Source: a virus (lineage: Duplodnaviria; Caudoviricetes). From it: 36,617 nucleotides of DNA. The notes below the pieces were generated by a model. The model was given only the letters and a program-made list of their open reading frames with translations. It was not told where the DNA came from and did not search any database. The stretch covers positions 1 to 36,617 of IMG/VR virus record IMGVR_UViG_3300043823_000212. The stretch is one strand, 5' to 3'. Position numbers and translations under genes: made by a program. Positions 33,931 to 36,617 of the stretch are shown here, piece by piece; position 1 is the stretch's first letter, and every line of letters starts with the position of its first letter.

Positions 33931-34151
33931 CACCAGCACAAAAAGACATATATATCGTGATTGAGGAGTTTTGGACGATGTACGGCTACGGGCCGAGCAT
34001 TAACGAGATCCTAATGTTAAGCAATCGAAAAGGGCGCGGGAATATCCAAAGGATTATTTCTAGACTTGTAGAACTGGGACACTGTAAAAGAATCCCGAAT
34101 CTGGCTAGAACAGTACGTCCTAAACACGTAAGGATCCGTGATGGACTTTGA
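33927..34151 (+). CDS. LexA N-terminal-like DNA-binding protein (no peptidase domain)
   Basis: MTPAQKDIY..I......GYGPS..EI...L...G...R.P..AR pattern. Confidence 0.8.
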   Translation: MTPAQKDIYIVIEEFWTMYGYGPSINEILMLSNRKGRGNIQRIISRLVELGHCKRIPNLARTVRPKHVRIRDGL

Positions 34152-35625
34152 ATCAATCCTAAAACAACTTCCTAAAGAAGAGCAGGATGAGATTTTAAAA
34201 GCCGCAGCAGAGTGGCTAGACTCTGAAAGCATGGAGAATGGTCAGGAGAAGTTTCTTTCTTTTGTCCATACTATGTGGCCCGGATTTGTGGATGGACGCC
34301 ACCATAAGGTCATGGCCGAGAAGTTTGAAGAGATTGCAAGCGGAAAACTCAAGAGACTCATCATTAACATGCCACCTCGACATACGAAGTCGGAATTCGC
34401 TTCCTATATGTTACCAGCATGGTTTCTAGGTAAATTCCCTAATAAAAAGATTATTCAATGTTCTAACACGGCTGAACTCGCCGTTGGCTTTGGACGTAAG
34501 GTTCGTAACTTAGTAGACTCGGAGCAATATGGCAAAATTTTCCCAAACGTTCGCCTTCGGGCAGACTCTAAAGCTGCTGGCCGCTGGAGCACTAATGGCA
34601 ATGGGGAGTATTTTGCTATTGGTGTTGGTGGTACCGTCACTGGTAAAGGTGGAGATCTCGTCATTATTGACGACCCTCACTCGGAACAAGAGGCGGCGCT
34701 AGCAGCATCTGACCCTGCAGTTTTCGATAAGGTCTATGAGTGGTACACCTCTGGTCCACGTCAGCGTCTACAACCGGGAGGGGCGATTGTGATCGTGATG
34801 ACTCGTTGGAGTCTGAGGGATTTAACAGGAAAGATCCTGAAAGCGGCTTTGGAACGAGATGGGGATGACTGGGAAGTAATCGACTTTCCGGCGATTTTGC
34901 CAACCGAAAAACCACTGTGGCCGGAGTTTTGGAGCTACGAGGAACTTTGTGCGTTACGCAAAGAACTTCCACTCAATAAGTGGCAAGCTCAGTACCAACA
35001 ACAACCAACCTCAGAACAGGGAGCGATTGTTAAAAGGGAATGGTGGAACGAATGGGAAGGTGGAACACCACCTCAATGTGAGTTCATTATCCAATCTTGG
35101 GATACGGCATTTACTAAGAATGAGCGTTCAGACTACTCAGCCTGTACGACATGGGGCGTCTTTTATAAGGACGAAAACCCCAATGATCCCAACATTATTC
35201 TGTTAAATGCCTTTAAACGCCGTATGGAATTTCCTGAATTAAAGACTACTGCGTACAACGAATACAAAGAATGGCAACCAGATTCATGCATTGTGGAAGC
35301 AAAAGCATCTGGCGCTCCGCTTGTGTATGAACTACGCCAAATGGGTATACCGGTGCAGGAGTTTACTCCGACACGAGGAAACGATAAAATCATGCGTGTA
35401 AACTCTATATCTGACTTATTTGCCTCTGGAAAAGTATGGGCTCCTAGAACAAGATGGGCGGAAGAAGTGGTAGAAGAGATGGCTGCGTTTCCTAATTCGG
35501 ATCACGATGACTTAGTTGACTCTGCAACCCAAGCATTAATACGGTTTAGAAAAGGTGGATTTATTAGGCTGCAAACGGATGAATGGGACGATTATGTTCC
35601 CAAAAAGAAAACCGCCTACTACTAA
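34138..35625 (+). CDS. terL: Terminase large subunit
   Basis: INMPPRHTKS Walker A, IIDDP Walker B, MTRW, SWDTA nuclease motif, HDDLVDS. Confidence 0.95.
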   Translation: MMDFESILKQLPKEEQDEILKAAAEWLDSESMENGQEKFLSFVHTMWPGFVDGRHHKVMAEKFEEIASGKLKRLIINMPPRHTKSEFASYMLPAWFLGKFPNKKIIQCSNTAELAVGFGRKVRNLVDSEQYGKIFPNVRLRADSKAAGRWSTNGNGEYFAIGVGGTVTGKGGDLVIIDDPHSEQEAALAASDPAVFDKVYEWYTSGPRQRLQPGGAIVIVMTRWSLRDLTGKILKAALERDGDDWEVIDFPAILPTEKPLWPEFWSYEELCALRKELPLNKWQAQYQQQPTSEQGAIVKREWWNEWEGGTPPQCEFIIQSWDTAFTKNERSDYSACTTWGVFYKDENPNDPNIILLNAFKRRMEFPELKTTAYNEYKEWQPDSCIVEAKASGAPLVYELRQMGIPVQEFTPTRGNDKIMRVNSISDLFASGKVWAPRTRWAEEVVEEMAAFPNSDHDDLVDSATQALIRFRKGGFIRLQTDEWDDYVPKKKTAYY

Positions 35626-35662
35626 TCTAAGTTAGAATCAGCATATTCACATAAGGACATAT

Positions 35663-36617
35663 ATGCCAGTTGATAAAGCAATATACGCAGCACCCAAAGG
35701 TATCGAGGAACTCGCCGCAGAAGAGTCCCCTTTGGAAATTGAAATTGTTGACCCTGAAGAAGTCACCATTAGTAAAGATGGTTTAGAAATCGTACTACAA
35801 CCCGAAACTGGAAGTCCAGAAGATTTTGGATCAAATCTTGCTGAATATCTTCCTGAGTCTGTGTTAACGCAAATTGCTGGCGATTTAACAGAGGCTTATG
35901 ACTCTGACGTAGCTGCTCGTAAAGACTGGATTCAAACTTATGTAGATGGTCTTGAGCTTCTCGGACTTAAAATAGAAGAACGTTCTGAGCCATGGGAAGG
36001 CGCATGTGGCGTCTACCATCCTCTCTTGGCTGAAGCGTTAGTGAAGTTCCAAGCTGAGACCATGATGGCGATTTTCCCAGCGCAAGGTCCTGTTCGTACA
36101 CATATCATTGGTAAAGAAACGCCAGAACTGAAAGACTCTGCAAACCGTGTTCAAGACGATATGAACTTTGAACTTACGGAAGAGATGACTGAGTTTCGTC
36201 CTGAAACAGAGCGCATGCTCTGGGGTTTGGGATTAGCAGGTAACGCATTTAAAAAGGTATATGAAGATCCAATCTTAAAGCGTCAGGTATCTTTATATGT
36301 TCCAGCCGAGGACATCGTTGTTCCTTACGGCGCACCAGATCTAGAATCTGCGGAGCGAATTACTCACGTCATGAGAAAGACGGAGCATGAGTTAACTCGC
36401 CTGCAGCTTTCTGGATTCTATCGAGATGTAGATCTTGGTAGTCCAGCTAGTGTACTAGACGAAGTAGAGCAAAAGATCGCTGAAAAGCTTGGCTTTAGAG
36501 CAGTTCAGGACGATCGTTATAAAGTATTAGAGATTCAAACAAACCTAGACTTAGATGGTTTTGAGCATACTGATAAAGACGGCGAAATGACCGGCATGCA
36601 GTTGCCATACGTAGTAA
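35663..36617 (+). CDS. Portal protein (P22-like), 3'-truncated
   Basis: AAGGA SD; open to the window end; NLAE...RKDW...PWEGACGVYHPLLAEA.VKFQAE...GPV motifs; follows terL. Confidence 0.85.
   Translation, partial: MPVDKAIYAAPKGIEELAAEESPLEIEIVDPEEVTISKDGLEIVLQPETGSPEDFGSNLAEYLPESVLTQIAGDLTEAYDSDVAARKDWIQTYVDGLELLGLKIEERSEPWEGACGVYHPLLAEALVKFQAETMMAIFPAQGPVRTHIIGKETPELKDSANRVQDDMNFELTEEMTEFRPETERMLWGLGLAGNAFKKVYEDPILKRQVSLYVPAEDIVVPYGAPDLESAERITHVMRKTEHELTRLQLSGFYRDVDLGSPASVLDEVEQKIAEKLGFRAVQDDRYKVLEIQTNLDLDGFEHTDKDGEMTGMQLPYVV

Noticed and set aside
33927-34151. LexA/CI-type lysogeny repressor
   Set aside because: DNA-binding domain only, located in the packaging operon, and no integrase in the window

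Overview
This window is a ~36.6 kb piece of a tailed dsDNA phage genome with P22/T7-like podovirus architecture. The gene content is typical of freshwater phages, and a betaproteobacterial host is my inference only. In order it holds: the end of the tail and DNA-ejection module (1-12417), including a lytic transglycosylase and a 2019-aa polyvalent protein; a small nuclease/phosphoesterase/SprT block; a leftward recombination operon (three tandem XRE regulators, SSB-like protein, Sak/DUF1071 annealase, PD-(D/E)XK exonuclease); rusA; an ~900-bp non-coding control region; a rightward nin-like and replication operon (ppk2, ParB-like protein, SF2 helicase, Toprim primase); a leftward early operon of small genes; and terS, terL and the start of the portal. 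I saw no integrase, DNA polymerase, capsid, lysis, tRNA or CRISPR genes. The most unusual signals are non-coding: a promoter-driven ~385-nt highly structured RNA, an ~86-nt anti-SD small RNA, a complete type II hammerhead ribozyme, a 65-bp palindrome+IHF element present both in the control region and inside terS, and a PhaR-operator-like palindrome over the promoter of a phasin-like mini-gene. All protein calls come from motif recognition by eye, and no database searches were run.
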